Positions 24,905-36,073 of a stretch of DNA of 64,000 nucleotides are shown piece by piece; position 1 is the first letter of the stretch; every line of letters begins with the position of its first letter. Source of the DNA: an uncultured Gemmatimonadaceae bacterium (GTDB lineage: Bacteria; Gemmatimonadota; Gemmatimonadetes; Gemmatimonadales; Gemmatimonadaceae); the NCBI GenBank assembly GCA_963843845.1, contig CAWJMB010000002.1, positions 992,001-1,056,000 of the forward strand. The letters are read 5' to 3'. Both the position numbers and the translations under genes were made by a program. The notes beneath the pieces are model-generated. The model searched no databases and had not been told where the DNA came from. It saw only the letters and a program-made list of their open reading frames with translations.

Positions 24905-26080
24905 ATGCCCTTTCACGATCGACCGCGCTTTCCGCGCGGCTTCCGCTGCGCGAGCCGCAACGTCGGCCTCAAGCCCGACGGCGAAGGATCTCGCGCTGTT
25001 CGCGAGCGACGTCGACGCCGCGGCGGCGGCGGTGTTCACGCGCAACCAGTTCCCCGGCGCGCCCGATCGTCCTCGGCCGCGAGACGATCCGCGGCGGCGT
25101 GCTGCGCGGCGTCGTCGTGAACAGCAAGGTGAGCAACGTCGCGACCGGCGCGGCGGGCGTCGAGAACGCGCGGCGCATGGCGCCGGCTGCGGCAGCGCGA
25201 GCTCGGCACGACGCCGGACCGCGTGCTCGTCAGCTCGACCGGCGTCATCGGCGTGCCGCTGCCGATCGAGAAGATCGAGCGCGGGCATCGTCGGCATGTC
25301 GGCCGAGCTGCAGGACGACCCGCTCGTCGGCGCGCGAGGGCATCATGACGACCGACACCTACGCCAAGGCGCTGTCGACGAGCGTCGGCGACGCGACGAT
25401 CACGTGGGTCGCGAAGGGCTCGGGCATGATCGAGCCGAACATGGCGACGATGCTCGCCTACATCTTCACCGACGCCGCGCTCGACGCCGCCGACGCTCGA
25501 TCGGCTGCTGCGCGCGCGCGGTCGACGTGAGCTTCAACATGCTCTCCGTCGACGGCGACACGAGCACGTCGGACACCTGCGCGATCCTCGCGAACGGGCT
25601 CGCCGGCCCCGTCGACGAGGCCGCGTTCGCCGAGGCGCTCCGCGCGGGCTGCGTGCGCATGACGGAGATGCTCGCCCGCGACGGCGAGGGAGCCGAGCAC
25701 CTGCTGCGCGTGACGGTGCGCGGACGCGAGCGACGCGGCGACGCACGCCGCGTGGCGAAGTCGATCGTCAACTCGCCGCTCGTGAAGACGATGGTGCACG
25801 GCGCCGACCCGAACGTCGGCCGCCTGCTCATGGCGGTCGGCAAGTGCTTCGACTGCACGCATCGACCCGAGCGCGACCGACGCCTGGATCAACGGCTATC
25901 AGGTCGTGCGCGGGCGGAACGCGTCTCGCGTTCGACGATGCCGTCGTGCGTGCCGCGCTCGCCGTCGAGGTCGTCGACATCGACGTCGCGTTGGGCATCG
26001 GCGGCGACTCCGCGACCGCCTACGGCTGCGACCTCACGAAAGCGTACGTCGACGAGAACGCGGCGTACTACTCCAGCTAA
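24905..26080 (+). CDS. argJ: Ornithine acetyltransferase / N-acetylglutamate synthase (frameshifted)
   Basis: [64 protein letters not shown]. Confidence 0.9.
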
Positions 26081-26089
26081 CGTTCGGCC

Positions 26090-27454
26090 ATGCCTCACGA
26101 CTCCGCGCGCCGCCGCGTCGTCATCACCGGGATGGGCGCCGTCACGCCGTTGGGCCTCGACGTGACGACCTTCTGGAACGCGCTCCTCGCCGGCCGCAGC
26201 GGCGCCGCCCCGATCGCGAACTTCGACGCGACCGGCTACGACACGACCTTCGCCTGCGAGTTGAAGGAATTCGACCCGCGCGACGTCATGGACCGCAAGC
26301 TCGCGAACCGTCTCGACCCGGTCTGCCACTTCGCGCTCGCCGCGGCCGACGAGGCGATGCGCGACGCGGGGCTGACGTCCGAGACGCTGGACCGGGTCGG
26401 CCGCGAGCGCGTCGGCGTGATCTTCGGCGCGGGGATCGGCGGGCTGCAGACGTTCCAGCAGCAGACCGAGGCGTTCGTGCGCGGCGGGCCGCGCCGCATC
26501 TCGCCCTTCTTCATCCCGATGATGATCCCGGACATGGCACCGGGAATCATCTCGATCCAGTACGGCCTCCGCGGCCCGAACCACGCCGTCGTCTCGGCGT
26601 GCGCGACCGGGAATCACAATCTGGCCGACGCGCTCGCCCTCATCCGCGACGGCCAGGCGGAGGTCATCGTCACCGGCGGCAGCGAGGCCGCGATCTGCGA
26701 GCTCGGCGTCGCGGGGTTCAGCGCGATGAAGGCGCTCTCGACGCGCAACGACGACCCGGCCGGCGCGTCGCGCCCGTTCGACGCGACGCGCGACGGATTC
26801 GTGCTCGGGGAGGGGGCGGGCGCGCTCGTCGTCGAGTCGCTCGATCACGCACTGGCCCGCGGCGCGCCGATCTACGCCGAGGTGCTGTCGGTCGGCGCGT
26901 CGGCCGACGCGCACCACCTCACCGCGCCGCACCCCGAGGGGCTCGGCGCGCGGCTCGCGATGGAGCGGGCACTGTCGCTCGCCGGCGTGACGCCCGTGGA
27001 CATCGACACGATCAACATGCACGGCACGTCGACCCCGCTCGGCGACGTCGCCGAGAGCCGCGCGGTGCGCGAGGTGTTCGGCGCGCACGCCGATGCGCTC
27101 ACGGCGACGTCGACGAAGAGCATGACCGGCCATCTGCTGGGCGCCGCCGGCGCGGTCGAGGCGATCGCCAGCGTGCTCGCGATCACCGACTCGGTCGTGC
27201 CGCCGACGATCAACCACGCGACGCCCGACCCGGCGTGCGATCTGCGCTACGCGTTCAACGCCGCCGTGCGCCGCCCGGTGCGCGTCGCGATCAGCAACGC
27301 GTTCGGCTTCGGCGGCCACAACACGTGCGCGGTGTTCGCCGCGTACGACGGCCCCGGCCCCACGCGCGGCCCGCGCCACGTCGCCCACGCCGCGCCGGGC
27401 GACGCGCCGGCCGAGGTGTCGCCGTCGGCGATCGCGCCGGCAGGTGCGTGGTGA
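26090..27454 (+). CDS. fabF: 3-oxoacyl-ACP synthase II
   Basis: SACATG, HGTSTPLGD, KSMTGHLLGAAG, NAFGFGGHN. Confidence 0.93.
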   Translation: MPHDSARRRVVITGMGAVTPLGLDVTTFWNALLAGRSGAAPIANFDATGYDTTFACELKEFDPRDVMDRKLANRLDPVCHFALAAADEAMRDAGLTSETLDRVGRERVGVIFGAGIGGLQTFQQQTEAFVRGGPRRISPFFIPMMIPDMAPGIISIQYGLRGPNHAVVSACATGNHNLADALALIRDGQAEVIVTGGSEAAICELGVAGFSAMKALSTRNDDPAGASRPFDATRDGFVLGEGAGALVVESLDHALARGAPIYAEVLSVGASADAHHLTAPHPEGLGARLAMERALSLAGVTPVDIDTINMHGTSTPLGDVAESRAVREVFGAHADALTATSTKSMTGHLLGAAGAVEAIASVLAITDSVVPPTINHATPDPACDLRYAFNAAVRRPVRVAISNAFGFGGHNTCAVFAAYDGPGPTRGPRHVAHAAPGDAPAEVSPSAIAPAGAW

Positions 27455-27927
27455 GCGACGGCGGGCGGGACGGCGTGCGGAGCGCAGCCGGCGGCCTCGC
27501 GTGGCTCGAGGCGCTCGCGCGCGGCGAGGTGGAGCCCCCGCCGGCCGCGCGCCTCGTCGGCCTGTCGCTCGTCGAGGTCGAGCGCGGCCGCGCCGTGTTC
27601 GCGCTCGAGCCGCAGGCGCGCCACTACAACCCGATGGGCGTCGTGCACGGCGGGATCATCTCGACGATCCTCGACACCGCGATGGGGTGCGCCGTGCAGT
27701 CGATGCTCCCGGCGGGGACGGGGTACACGACGACCGACCTCCACGTGACGTTCGTGCGCGCGATCACCGAGGCGACGGGGCGCGTGACCGCCGAGGGGCG
27801 CTCGCTGCACGCGGGCGGCCGGCTCGCCACCGCCGACGGGCGGCTCACGGACGCGACCGGGCGGCTGCTCGCGCACGCGGTGACGAGCTGCTTCGTGATG
27901 CCGGCGACCACGCAGCGCCACGGGTAG
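27451..27927 (+). CDS. PaaI family hotdog thioesterase
   Basis: YNPMGVVHGG, LDTAMGCA; GTGA overlap with the fabF stop. Confidence 0.88.
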   Translation: MSDGGRDGVRSAAGGLAWLEALARGEVEPPPAARLVGLSLVEVERGRAVFALEPQARHYNPMGVVHGGIISTILDTAMGCAVQSMLPAGTGYTTTDLHVTFVRAITEATGRVTAEGRSLHAGGRLATADGRLTDATGRLLAHAVTSCFVMPATTQRHG

Positions 27928-27981
27928 ACGGCGGTCGGACCGTCACTCGACACCCTCGGCGCCTCACCGCACCTTCCGTCG

Positions 27982-29098
27982 ATGCGACGTCTCCTCAGCT
28001 CACTCGCGCTGGCCGGTCTCGCCGCCTGCGCCAGCTCCACCGCGCAGACCGGCGCGACGACGACCCCGGCGCGACCGTTCTGGACGCCGCGCGCCGCGGG
28101 CGCGTCGCACACCCTGATGCCCTCGCCCGCGACGGTCGTCTACGGCGGCTACGACCCCGAGGCGCGCCCCGCGCTCCGCGTCGCGTCGGGGGACGAGGTG
28201 ACGATCGGCGCCGTCTCGACGTGCGGCGCGCGGCTGCTCCAGCCCGGCGCCGACAGCGGGGTCATCGAGCCCGCGTATCGCGCGATCGTCGCCGCGGCGC
28301 GCGACTCGACGCTGCGCCGCGGCCCCGGCGGCCACATCCTCACCGGACCCGTCGCCGTCGACGGGGCCGAGCCGGGAGACGTGCTCGAGGTGCGGATCCG
28401 CGAGGTCGAGCTCGACCTGCCGTTCGCCTGCAACTCGTTCGGGCCGCGCAGCGGCTTCCTGCCCGAGGACTTCCCGGGCCAGTCGAAGTCGCGCATCGTG
28501 CCGCTCGACCGCGCGCGCATGGTCGGCCGCTTCTCGGACTCGGCCGGCATCGAGATCCCGCTCGCCCCGTTCTTCGGCAGCATGGGCGTCGCGCCGCCGC
28601 CGGCGCGCGGGCGCGTCAACAGCGCGCCGCCGGGGATCCACGCCGGGAACCTCGACAACAAGGAGCTCGTCGCGGGGACGATCCTCTACATCCCCGTGCA
28701 CGTGCGCGGCGCGCTGTTCCAGGCCGGCGACGGTCACGCCGCGCAGGGGGACGGCGAGGTCGACATCACGGCGCTCGAGACGGCGCTGCGCGGGCGCTTC
28801 CAGCTCATCGTGCGCAAGGACATGCGCGCTCGCCTGGCCGCGCGGCGAGACCGCCACGCACTGGATCGCGATGGGCGCCGACAGCAACCTCACGACGGCG
28901 ACGAAGATCGCCGTGCGCGAGGCGATCGCCCTCCTCGGCGACGTCTACCGGCTGCCGCGCGACGACGCCTACATGCTCGTCAGCACGGCGTGCGACGTGC
29001 GCATCACGCAGCTCGTCGACGGCACGATGGGCGCGCACGTCATGATCCCGAAGCGGCTGTTCACACGCGCGCCCGCGCGGCGCGAGGGGGGACGATGA
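27982..29098 (+). CDS. Acetamidase/formamidase family lipoprotein (frameshift near 28830)
   Basis: LAAC lipobox; HILTGPVAVDGAEPGD, GNLDNKEL, GDGHAAQGDGEV, ITQLVDG. Confidence 0.85.
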
Positions 29099-29634
29099 CG
29101 ACCAGGCCCGCGGCCCGGCGCGCCTGCGCCGTCGCGTTAGGCACCCTCGCCGCCTGCGCCCCGAAGGGCGACGCCGGCCGCGCCGGCGACTCGGCCGCGC
29201 CCGCGCCGGCGGCCGCCGCGCCCGACACGGTCGGCGCGCGGCTCGCCGCCGCCGACGTCGCCGCGCTCCGCTGGCTCGCCGGCACGTGGCGCGGCACCGG
29301 CGACGTCGAGACGCCGTTCTACGAGCGCTACACGTTCGTGAACGACTCGACGATCGAGGTCCTCGGCTTCACCGACTCGACGCTCGCGACGGCGAACGAC
29401 ACCACCGTCTACTCGCTGCGCGACGGGCGCTTCGGCAACCACGACCGACCGTCGCGCTACGTCGCGACGCGCGCGACCGGGGACCGCGTCGAGTTCGGGC
29501 CGGTGACCGCGCGCAACGCCTTCGTCTGGCGCCGGGTGCGCGACGACGGCTGGGAGGCGACGATCCTGCCGCGGACGAGCGCCGGCGAGCCGGGGCGCGA
29601 GCGGCGCTACGCGATGGCCCCCTACCGCCCGTGA
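29095..29634 (+). CDS. Lipoprotein, DUF6265-like
   Basis: LAAC lipobox; LRWLAGTWRG motif; ATGA coupling to the upstream gene. Confidence 0.6.
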   Translation: MTTRPAARRACAVALGTLAACAPKGDAGRAGDSAAPAPAAAAPDTVGARLAAADVAALRWLAGTWRGTGDVETPFYERYTFVNDSTIEVLGFTDSTLATANDTTVYSLRDGRFGNHDRPSRYVATRATGDRVEFGPVTARNAFVWRRVRDDGWEATILPRTSAGEPGRERRYAMAPYRP

Positions 29635-29639
29635 CGCCC

Positions 29640-31085
29640 ATGCCCATCTCCTCGTGCGCCGCCGCGCGTCGCCTGACGCTCGCCGCCCTGCTCGCGGCCG
29701 CCGGCCGGCTCGCCGCCCAGCCCGCGCCGACGCCCCATCAGGCGCTCGGCCGCGACGTCCTGCGCGAGCTCGTCGAGACGAACACCACCTACTCGTCCGG
29801 GAGCACGACCAGGGCGGCGGAGCGGCTCGCCGCGCGCTTCCTCGCCGCCGGCTTCCCGGCGTCGGACGTGCGCGTCGTCGGGCCCGACAGCGGCCTCGAC
29901 GCGAAGGACAGGAATCTCGTCGTGCGCTACCGCGGACGCGGCGCGCGGCGACCGGTGCTGCTGTTAGGCCATCTCGACGTCGTCGAGGCGCGCCGCGACG
30001 ACTGGGGTCGCGACCCGTTCGCGCTCGTCGAGCAGGACGGCCACTTCTACGGCCGCGGCACGCTCGACATGAAGGGGAGCGACGCGGCGTGGGTCGCCGC
30101 GCTGCTGCGGCTCAAGCAGGAGGGATTCGTTCCGGCCGGCGACTACGTGCTCGTGTTCACGGCCGGCGAGGAGGGGGGCGGCGGCTACAACGGAATCGGG
30201 TGGCTCGTCGCCCGCCGCCACGACATCCTCGACCGCGACCTGCTCGACGCCGACTACGCGCTGAACGCGGACCTCGGCGCCGGCGAGTGGCGCGACGGCA
30301 AGGGCGCCGTGCTGCACCTGCTGACGGCCGAGAAGCGCGCCTACTCGGTCACGCTCGCGGCGCGCAATCCCGGCGGTCACAGCTCGCTCCCCGTGAAGGA
30401 CAACGCGATCACGCACGTCGCGAACGCGTTGGGCAGGATCGGCGCCCACGAGTTCCCGGCACGTACGACGCCGGTGACGCGCGCGATGTTCGCCGGCGAC
30501 GCGACCCGCGAGCGCGGCGAGCTCGCCGCCGAGCTGCGCGCGGTGAGCGCGCCCGACACGCCCGACAGCGCTGCGGCCGCACGGCTCTCGGCGCGCTCGC
30601 CGTACTTCAACGCGATGCTACGCACCACGTGCATCGCGACGATGATGTCGGGCGGCCACGCGCGCAACGCGCTCCCGCAGCTCGCCACGGCGTCGATCGG
30701 CTGCCGCGTGCTTCCCGGCGAAGACCCCGCCGACGTCGTGCGAACGCTGCGCGGCGTCGTCGCCGACTCGGCCGTCGACGTGAGCGGGCCGGAGTCCGGC
30801 CCCGTCGCACTGCCGTCGGAGGTTCCACCGGCGCTCCTGCGTACCCTTCGGTCGGTCGCCGAGTCGGTGTGGCGCGGCGTGTCGGTGGAGCCGGCGATGG
30901 CCGCGTTCGCGACCGACGGCGCGACGCTGCGGCGCAACGGCGTGCCGTCGTTCGGCGTCAGCGGCTACTTCGCCGATCCGGCGAACCCCGCGGACGCGCG
31001 GGCGCACGGCCTCGACGAGCGGATCGGCGTGCGAGCGTTCTACGATCAGCTCGAGTACACCTACCGGCTGTTGAAGGCACTCTGA
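29640..31085 (+). CDS. M20/M25/M40 family metallopeptidase
   Basis: GHLDVV, GRGTLDMKG, GEE, GGHSS, HGLDER. Confidence 0.9.
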   Translation: MPISSCAAARRLTLAALLAAAGRLAAQPAPTPHQALGRDVLRELVETNTTYSSGSTTRAAERLAARFLAAGFPASDVRVVGPDSGLDAKDRNLVVRYRGRGARRPVLLLGHLDVVEARRDDWGRDPFALVEQDGHFYGRGTLDMKGSDAAWVAALLRLKQEGFVPAGDYVLVFTAGEEGGGGYNGIGWLVARRHDILDRDLLDADYALNADLGAGEWRDGKGAVLHLLTAEKRAYSVTLAARNPGGHSSLPVKDNAITHVANALGRIGAHEFPARTTPVTRAMFAGDATRERGELAAELRAVSAPDTPDSAAAARLSARSPYFNAMLRTTCIATMMSGGHARNALPQLATASIGCRVLPGEDPADVVRTLRGVVADSAVDVSGPESGPVALPSEVPPALLRTLRSVAESVWRGVSVEPAMAAFATDGATLRRNGVPSFGVSGYFADPANPADARAHGLDERIGVRAFYDQLEYTYRLLKAL

Positions 31086-31092
31086 GCCCCCG

Positions 31093-32628
31093 TCAGGCGC
31101 CCACCCGGACGACGAGCGCCTTGCCGGCGTACGCCGCCGCGTCGACGCCGCGCGCCCGCGTGACGACTCGCCGCGCCCCGTTCGGCCACGTCACCTCGAC
31201 GTCGACGCGCCGCACGTCGCCGAGCCCGACGTGCACCGGGAGGTCGCTCTGCGCGTCGTACCCGGAGCCGGTGTCGACGAGGCGGGTGCCTAACAGTCGT
31301 CGCGTCCCCGCCGCATAGACGCGCACCTCGGCGCCCGCCCGCGTCGCCCGGCCGCGGGGGTCGACGACGCGCACGGCGAGCGAGCGGCGCGTCGCTCCCG
31401 GCACGAGCGTGTTGCCCAGCACGAAGTGCATCCCGTCCGGCCGCACACCGGTGAGCGCGAGGTCGAGATCGCCGTCCCCGTCGAAATCGGCCCACGCCGC
31501 GCCGTGGTCGGCGTGCAGCGCGCGCACATTCGCCGGCGTCACGTCGTCGAGCCGTGTGCCGGTGTTGCGATACAGATAGTCCGGGTAGCTCGTGCCGCCG
31601 GTGACGGTGCCGTTGACGTACAGATCGAGCCAGCCGTCGTTGTCGACGTCCGCGAACGCGCACGTGTCGTAGCGTCCGTCGACGGCGACGCCCCACGCCG
31701 CCGACGCGTCGTCGAAGCGACCTCCGCGATTCAGGAACAGCCCGTTCGGCCCGTAGTTCGCGGCGAACAGATCGAGGCGGCCGTCGTTGTCGACGTCGGC
31801 GGCGCAGGGGCGTACGGTGCCGTTCGTGGCGTCGCGCGGCGCGCGCCCGCCCCACTGCACGCCGAGTGATTCGGCGACGTCGGTGAACCGGGTGCCGCCG
31901 CGGCCCGCGCGGTCGTTGCGATAGAGCGCGTTCGCGTCGCCGTCCATGTTCGCCAGGTACAGATCGAGGTCGCCGTCGGCGTCGAAGTCGAGCCACACGG
32001 CGCCGACACTCTTCCGCACGTCGGACAGTCCGGCCTCGGCGGCCACGTTCGTGAAGCGGCGGACGGGGGTCGGGAATCCGGTCGGCGCCTCGTTCCGGAA
32101 GAGCGCGTTCGGGCGGTCGCGGAAGGCGACGAACAGATCGAGATCGCCGTCGCCGTCGTAGTCGATCCACGCGGGCTGCCGCACCGCGCCCGAGTCGGTC
32201 GCGAGCGCGCCGGCGTCGCGCGTCACGTCGACGAACCGCCGCCCGTCACCCGGCGACGCGCCGGCGTCGTTGCGATAGAGACGGAGCACCGAGCCGCTCC
32301 CCGGCGCGTAGCCGACGAGCAGATCGGGGTCGCCGTCCGCGTCCCAGTCGCCCCACGCGGCGGCGCGCGTCGGCCGCGGATCGGCGACGCCGACCGTCGC
32401 CGCGACGTCGACGAACGTGCCGCCGTCGTTGCGGTACAGCCGGTTCGCCGCCCCGTTGAAGCCGACGAACAGATCGGCGTCGCCGTCGCCGTCGTAGTCG
32501 GCCCAGGCGTTCACGAAGGCGTTCCCCGCGGCGAACAGGTCGGTCTGCACCGGCTCGAACGCCGGCGGCTGCGCGGCGAGCGTCACGACGCTCGCCGCGC
32601 CGAGGAGCACGACGGTCCGGGCGCGCAT
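31093..32628 (-). CDS. CRTAC1-like FG-GAP/VCBS repeat protein with ASPIC/UnbV domain
   Basis: Repeated W/A-x-D-x-D-x-DGDxDL motifs; C-terminal GSGYDAQS...VHVGLG...VTWPNG. Confidence 0.88.
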   Translation of the reverse strand: MRARTVVLLGAASVVTLAAQPPAFEPVQTDLFAAGNAFVNAWADYDGDGDADLFVGFNGAANRLYRNDGGTFVDVAATVGVADPRPTRAAAWGDWDADGDPDLLVGYAPGSGSVLRLYRNDAGASPGDGRRFVDVTRDAGALATDSGAVRQPAWIDYDGDGDLDLFVAFRDRPNALFRNEAPTGFPTPVRRFTNVAAEAGLSDVRKSVGAVWLDFDADGDLDLYLANMDGDANALYRNDRAGRGGTRFTDVAESLGVQWGGRAPRDATNGTVRPCAADVDNDGRLDLFAANYGPNGLFLNRGGRFDDASAAWGVAVDGRYDTCAFADVDNDGWLDLYVNGTVTGGTSYPDYLYRNTGTRLDDVTPANVRALHADHGAAWADFDGDGDLDLALTGVRPDGMHFVLGNTLVPGATRRSLAVRVVDPRGRATRAGAEVRVYAAGTRRLLGTRLVDTGSGYDAQSDLPVHVGLGDVRRVDVEVTWPNGARRVVTRARGVDAAAYAGKALVVRVGA

Positions 32629-32642
32629 CGAGACGCCGTTCG

Positions 32643-34109
32643 CTACGGCGTCGCCGACGCGCGCGGGAACTGCCCGTCGCGCATCGCGGCGTTGTAGGCG
32701 AACGACGCGAGGATCACCGACGCCTGCTTCAGCCCGTTCAGGTCCACGCGCTCGTAGAAATCCATGTTCGTGTGGTGCACGCGCGTGTCGTACTCGGCGT
32801 AGTCCTGGATCGTGTTGAAGCCGGGGAGTCCCAACGCGGTGAACGACAGATGGTCGGTGTTGCCGATCTTCTCGACGATGTTGCGGCGCGCGCCGAGGTC
32901 GGTGAACGGCGCGAGCCACTGATCGAAGATCGACTTGGCCGCACCGTTCCCCTCACTGTACCACCCGTAGATCGGCCCCGTCCCCGGATCGTTGTTGAGA
33001 TAGACGGAGAACTTCGCGCGCGCCGCGGCGTTCGCGTCGCCGGCGTAGTGGCGCTGCGCGTACGCGCGCGAGCCGAGCAGCCCCTCCTCCTCGCCGCCCC
33101 AGATCGCCGCGCGGATCGTGCGCCGCGGCTTCACGCCGGTCGCCTTGAGAATGCGCATCGCCTCGATCAGCTCCGCGACCGCGTCGGCGTTGTCAGCCGC
33201 GCCCGTCGCCGAATGCCACGAGTCGATGTGGGCGCCCAGCAGCACGACCTCGTCGCCGATCGCCGGGTCGGTGCCCGGGATCTCCGCCAGCACGTTGTAG
33301 CCGAGCGTGTCCGCCGTGTGGTAGCGCGCGCGGACCCCGATCCGGAGCGTCGGCGTCGTCCACGCCTTCATCATGCGCACGATCATGTTGTACTGCTCCG
33401 ACGCGACGATGAGCGACGGCACCGAGTTCTCCGGCGTGCTCGTGCGGCTGCCCAACACGAACATCGTCCCCTCGTTCCCTTCGGTCGGCCGCAGCACCGC
33501 CGCCGCGCCGAGCTCGCGCAGCGTCTGCATCATGACGGCGCGCGGGAGCGGTCCCGTCGCGTTGTTCGCCCGCGGCGCGCCGATCGGCACGGGCGTGTCG
33601 CTCAGCGTCGGCTGCAGGCGGTCTTTCGTGATGAAGAGCTCCTGCGGCTTCGTCGCGAGCACGATCGCGCCGCGGATCTGCGCGGCATGCGCGCGGACCG
33701 AGTCGACGTTCGCGAGGTCGCCGATGTAGACGGGCGTGCCGCTCACGATGTCCTTCGTCGACGGCGTCCACGCCTCGGCGTACGCGATGAGCGGCATGTA
33801 GCGCGGCGCCGTCAGCTCGGCGACCTGCCCCTCGAGCGTCCAGCCCTTGCCGAACGGCCACGACTCGAGGCGCACGTTGCTCAGGCCATAGTCGCGGAGC
33901 TTCTGCGCGGACCAGTCGACCGACTGCTTGAACGCCGGCGTGCCGGTGAGGCGGGGGCCGATGACGTTCGTGAGGTGGTCGAACAGTTGGACCACCTGCG
34001 AGCGGTTCATCCCCTCGTCGCGGATGCGGGCGAGGGTGGCGGCGTCCTGGGCGCGGGCGGGAGCCGCGAGCGCGAGGGCGGCGAGAGCGAGGAGCGCGGT
34101 GCGAGACAT
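32643..34109 (-). CDS. M28 family peptidase (carboxypeptidase Q-like)
   Basis: IGPRLTGT, GAHIDSW, GAADN, GEEEGLLGS, TDHLSF, HHTNMD. Confidence 0.9.
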   Translation of the reverse strand: MSRTALLALAALALAAPARAQDAATLARIRDEGMNRSQVVQLFDHLTNVIGPRLTGTPAFKQSVDWSAQKLRDYGLSNVRLESWPFGKGWTLEGQVAELTAPRYMPLIAYAEAWTPSTKDIVSGTPVYIGDLANVDSVRAHAAQIRGAIVLATKPQELFITKDRLQPTLSDTPVPIGAPRANNATGPLPRAVMMQTLRELGAAAVLRPTEGNEGTMFVLGSRTSTPENSVPSLIVASEQYNMIVRMMKAWTTPTLRIGVRARYHTADTLGYNVLAEIPGTDPAIGDEVVLLGAHIDSWHSATGAADNADAVAELIEAMRILKATGVKPRRTIRAAIWGGEEEGLLGSRAYAQRHYAGDANAAARAKFSVYLNNDPGTGPIYGWYSEGNGAAKSIFDQWLAPFTDLGARRNIVEKIGNTDHLSFTALGLPGFNTIQDYAEYDTRVHHTNMDFYERVDLNGLKQASVILASFAYNAAMRDGQFPRASATP

Positions 34110-34211
34110 GGCGGGGCGGCTGGGCGGAGGGTTCAGCTCCGAATGTAGCCGGCGGGGCGGTGCGCATCGTTCGTGCGGGTGCCCGCCATTCCGGATGCGT
34201 CGCCCGCGTCG

Positions 34212-34253
34212 GGCGATGCTGTCGCATCACGTGTGTGATGCCACAGCATCGCC
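34212..34253. repeat. Intergenic near-perfect hairpin (19-bp arms, one mismatch)
   Basis: ggcgatgctgtcgcatcac-gtgt-gtgatgccacagcatcgcc. Confidence 0.75.
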
Positions 34254-34353
34254 GGTCGACGTGCCGGGCGGCGGGGAGGCGGAACTCGAGCGGTGTCGCG
34301 AACAGCGCCGCGACGTTTCCGCCGGTCGATCAGGTCGGTGCGTCGCTCGTCGC

Positions 34354-35985
34354 TCAGTAGTGCCAGCTCGCGAAGTCCGTCCCCGCCGGCGCCGTGCGCC
34401 GCATCTGCGCGTCCATCTTCGTCAGCAGCTCCGCGGGACCCGGCCCCCAACAGTGCGGCGCCCGCGGCTGATAGACGATCTCGCCCGTCCACGTCGGCGC
34501 CGTCGCCGACTTCAGGAAGGTCTCCAGATGCGCGACGCCGTTCTCGAGGTAGTACGAGTCGTCCTCGCCGACGTAGACGTTGATCTTGTCGGCCACCTTC
34601 GGGCCCAACGTCGCCCAGTTCGTCTGCAGGATGTTCCGCAGGTCGTAGTGCTCCTTCCAGTACTGCGCGACCGACTTGTCGATGACGCCGGTCCGCTTGT
34701 CCCAGATCGGCTTCGGATAGCCGTCCGCGCCGACGGGACTGTACGTCGCCTCCCAGATGTCCCACTGTCCGCCGGACCGTGAGTGATCGCCCGAGACGTA
34801 CTCGTACCAGTTCTCGTCTTTCATCATCGCCAGGATGTTGCCATCCGGCTGGCGACGGGTCGGGCGGTCGACCTTCATCCAGCCGCGGTCGAACCAGTAG
34901 GCGTTCGTGTCGCCGTAGACGTCGACGATCTGGTGGTAGCGGAAGTCGACGCCGTCGGGGCACAGCGACCAGGTGCCGCCGTAGAAGTCGGGGTACATCA
35001 CCTGCTTCGCGAGCGAGATCCAGCCGCCGGTCGAGCCGCCCGTCAGCAGTCGCGCCCACGGCTGGCCGATCGCGCGGAACTGCGACTCGATCGCGGGGAT
35101 CAGCTCCTGCATGATCGCGTCGCCGTACGGCCCGTTGTTCGCCGAGTTGACGCCGTACGAGTCGTCGTAGTAGGGCGACGGGTGCTGGATCGTCGCGGCG
35201 ATGACGCGCGGCGTGCCGCCTGCCGCCAGATCCGGCACCGCACCCATGCGCGACGGCCGCAGCGAGAAGTGCCCCTCGTCGTAGACGATCGGGTACTTCG
35301 CGGTCGGGTGCTCGTCGTAGTCCTTCGGCAGCGTGACGACGGCGCCGAGGTAGATGGGGTGCCCCCACCACTTCGTGAGGATCGCGCTCTGCATCCTGAT
35401 GCGGCGTACGTTCCCCGAGTCCTTCGGCACGACGATCGGCGGGATGACCTTGTTCGCGACGAGGGCGATCGGCGTCGACGCGGCAGGGTCGAAGCGCACC
35501 TTCACCGGTTCGCCGTACAGGTTCCCCGGCGACCGCTTCCAGTTCTGCCCCTCCCACTGATCCATGTGCAGCCACACCGTGTGGCCGTCGGCGCGCGCGA
35601 ACTTCGTGTAGACGTTCACGAACGGCTGCACCCAGTACTCGCCGGCCGGAATGTCGCGGAGCGAGCGCGCGGGGTAGCCGAACGTCGACGCGTCGACGAC
35701 GGCCGCGTTCCCTGCGGCCAGCTCGCTCACGTTGACGCCGAAGAGCGGGACGCCGGTCTCACCGGTCTGCTGGATCGGTGTACGCTGTCCGTCGTTCGTG
35801 CGGCTGATCGCGACGTAGACGCGGCCGGTGATCGGGGCGGCGTGCGCGTCAGGGGTGAACGTGACGGTGAAGCGCGGACCACGCGGCGGCGCGGCTTGCG
35901 CGCCGAGGAGGGTGCCGGTGGTGAGGATGCCGATCGCGAGGGTGCCGACGCTCAGCGCGGCGAAGGCGAGTGACGGGCGACGCAT
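34354..35985 (-). CDS. Secreted alpha/beta-hydrolase (putative esterase)
   Basis: Signal peptide; NSANNGPYGDA, GGSTGGW nucleophile elbow, C-terminal APHCW. Confidence 0.75.
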   Translation of the reverse strand: MRRPSLAFAALSVGTLAIGILTTGTLLGAQAAPPRGPRFTVTFTPDAHAAPITGRVYVAISRTNDGQRTPIQQTGETGVPLFGVNVSELAAGNAAVVDASTFGYPARSLRDIPAGEYWVQPFVNVYTKFARADGHTVWLHMDQWEGQNWKRSPGNLYGEPVKVRFDPAASTPIALVANKVIPPIVVPKDSGNVRRIRMQSAILTKWWGHPIYLGAVVTLPKDYDEHPTAKYPIVYDEGHFSLRPSRMGAVPDLAAGGTPRVIAATIQHPSPYYDDSYGVNSANNGPYGDAIMQELIPAIESQFRAIGQPWARLLTGGSTGGWISLAKQVMYPDFYGGTWSLCPDGVDFRYHQIVDVYGDTNAYWFDRGWMKVDRPTRRQPDGNILAMMKDENWYEYVSGDHSRSGGQWDIWEATYSPVGADGYPKPIWDKRTGVIDKSVAQYWKEHYDLRNILQTNWATLGPKVADKINVYVGEDDSYYLENGVAHLETFLKSATAPTWTGEIVYQPRAPHCWGPGPAELLTKMDAQMRRTAPAGTDFASWHY

Positions 35986-36073
35986 GAAGGCAGGCTGAGG
36001 AGCGAGGGCGAACGTGTCCGCGCTCACCGGTCGGGCGGCCCCGGTGCCAGGCCGCCCGACCGGCGGAGGAGCG

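Noticed and set aside
26090..27927. fabF + thioesterase as a type II PKS/biosynthetic cluster
   Set aside because: No ACP, chain-length factor or tailoring genes nearby; an ordinary FabF paralogue.
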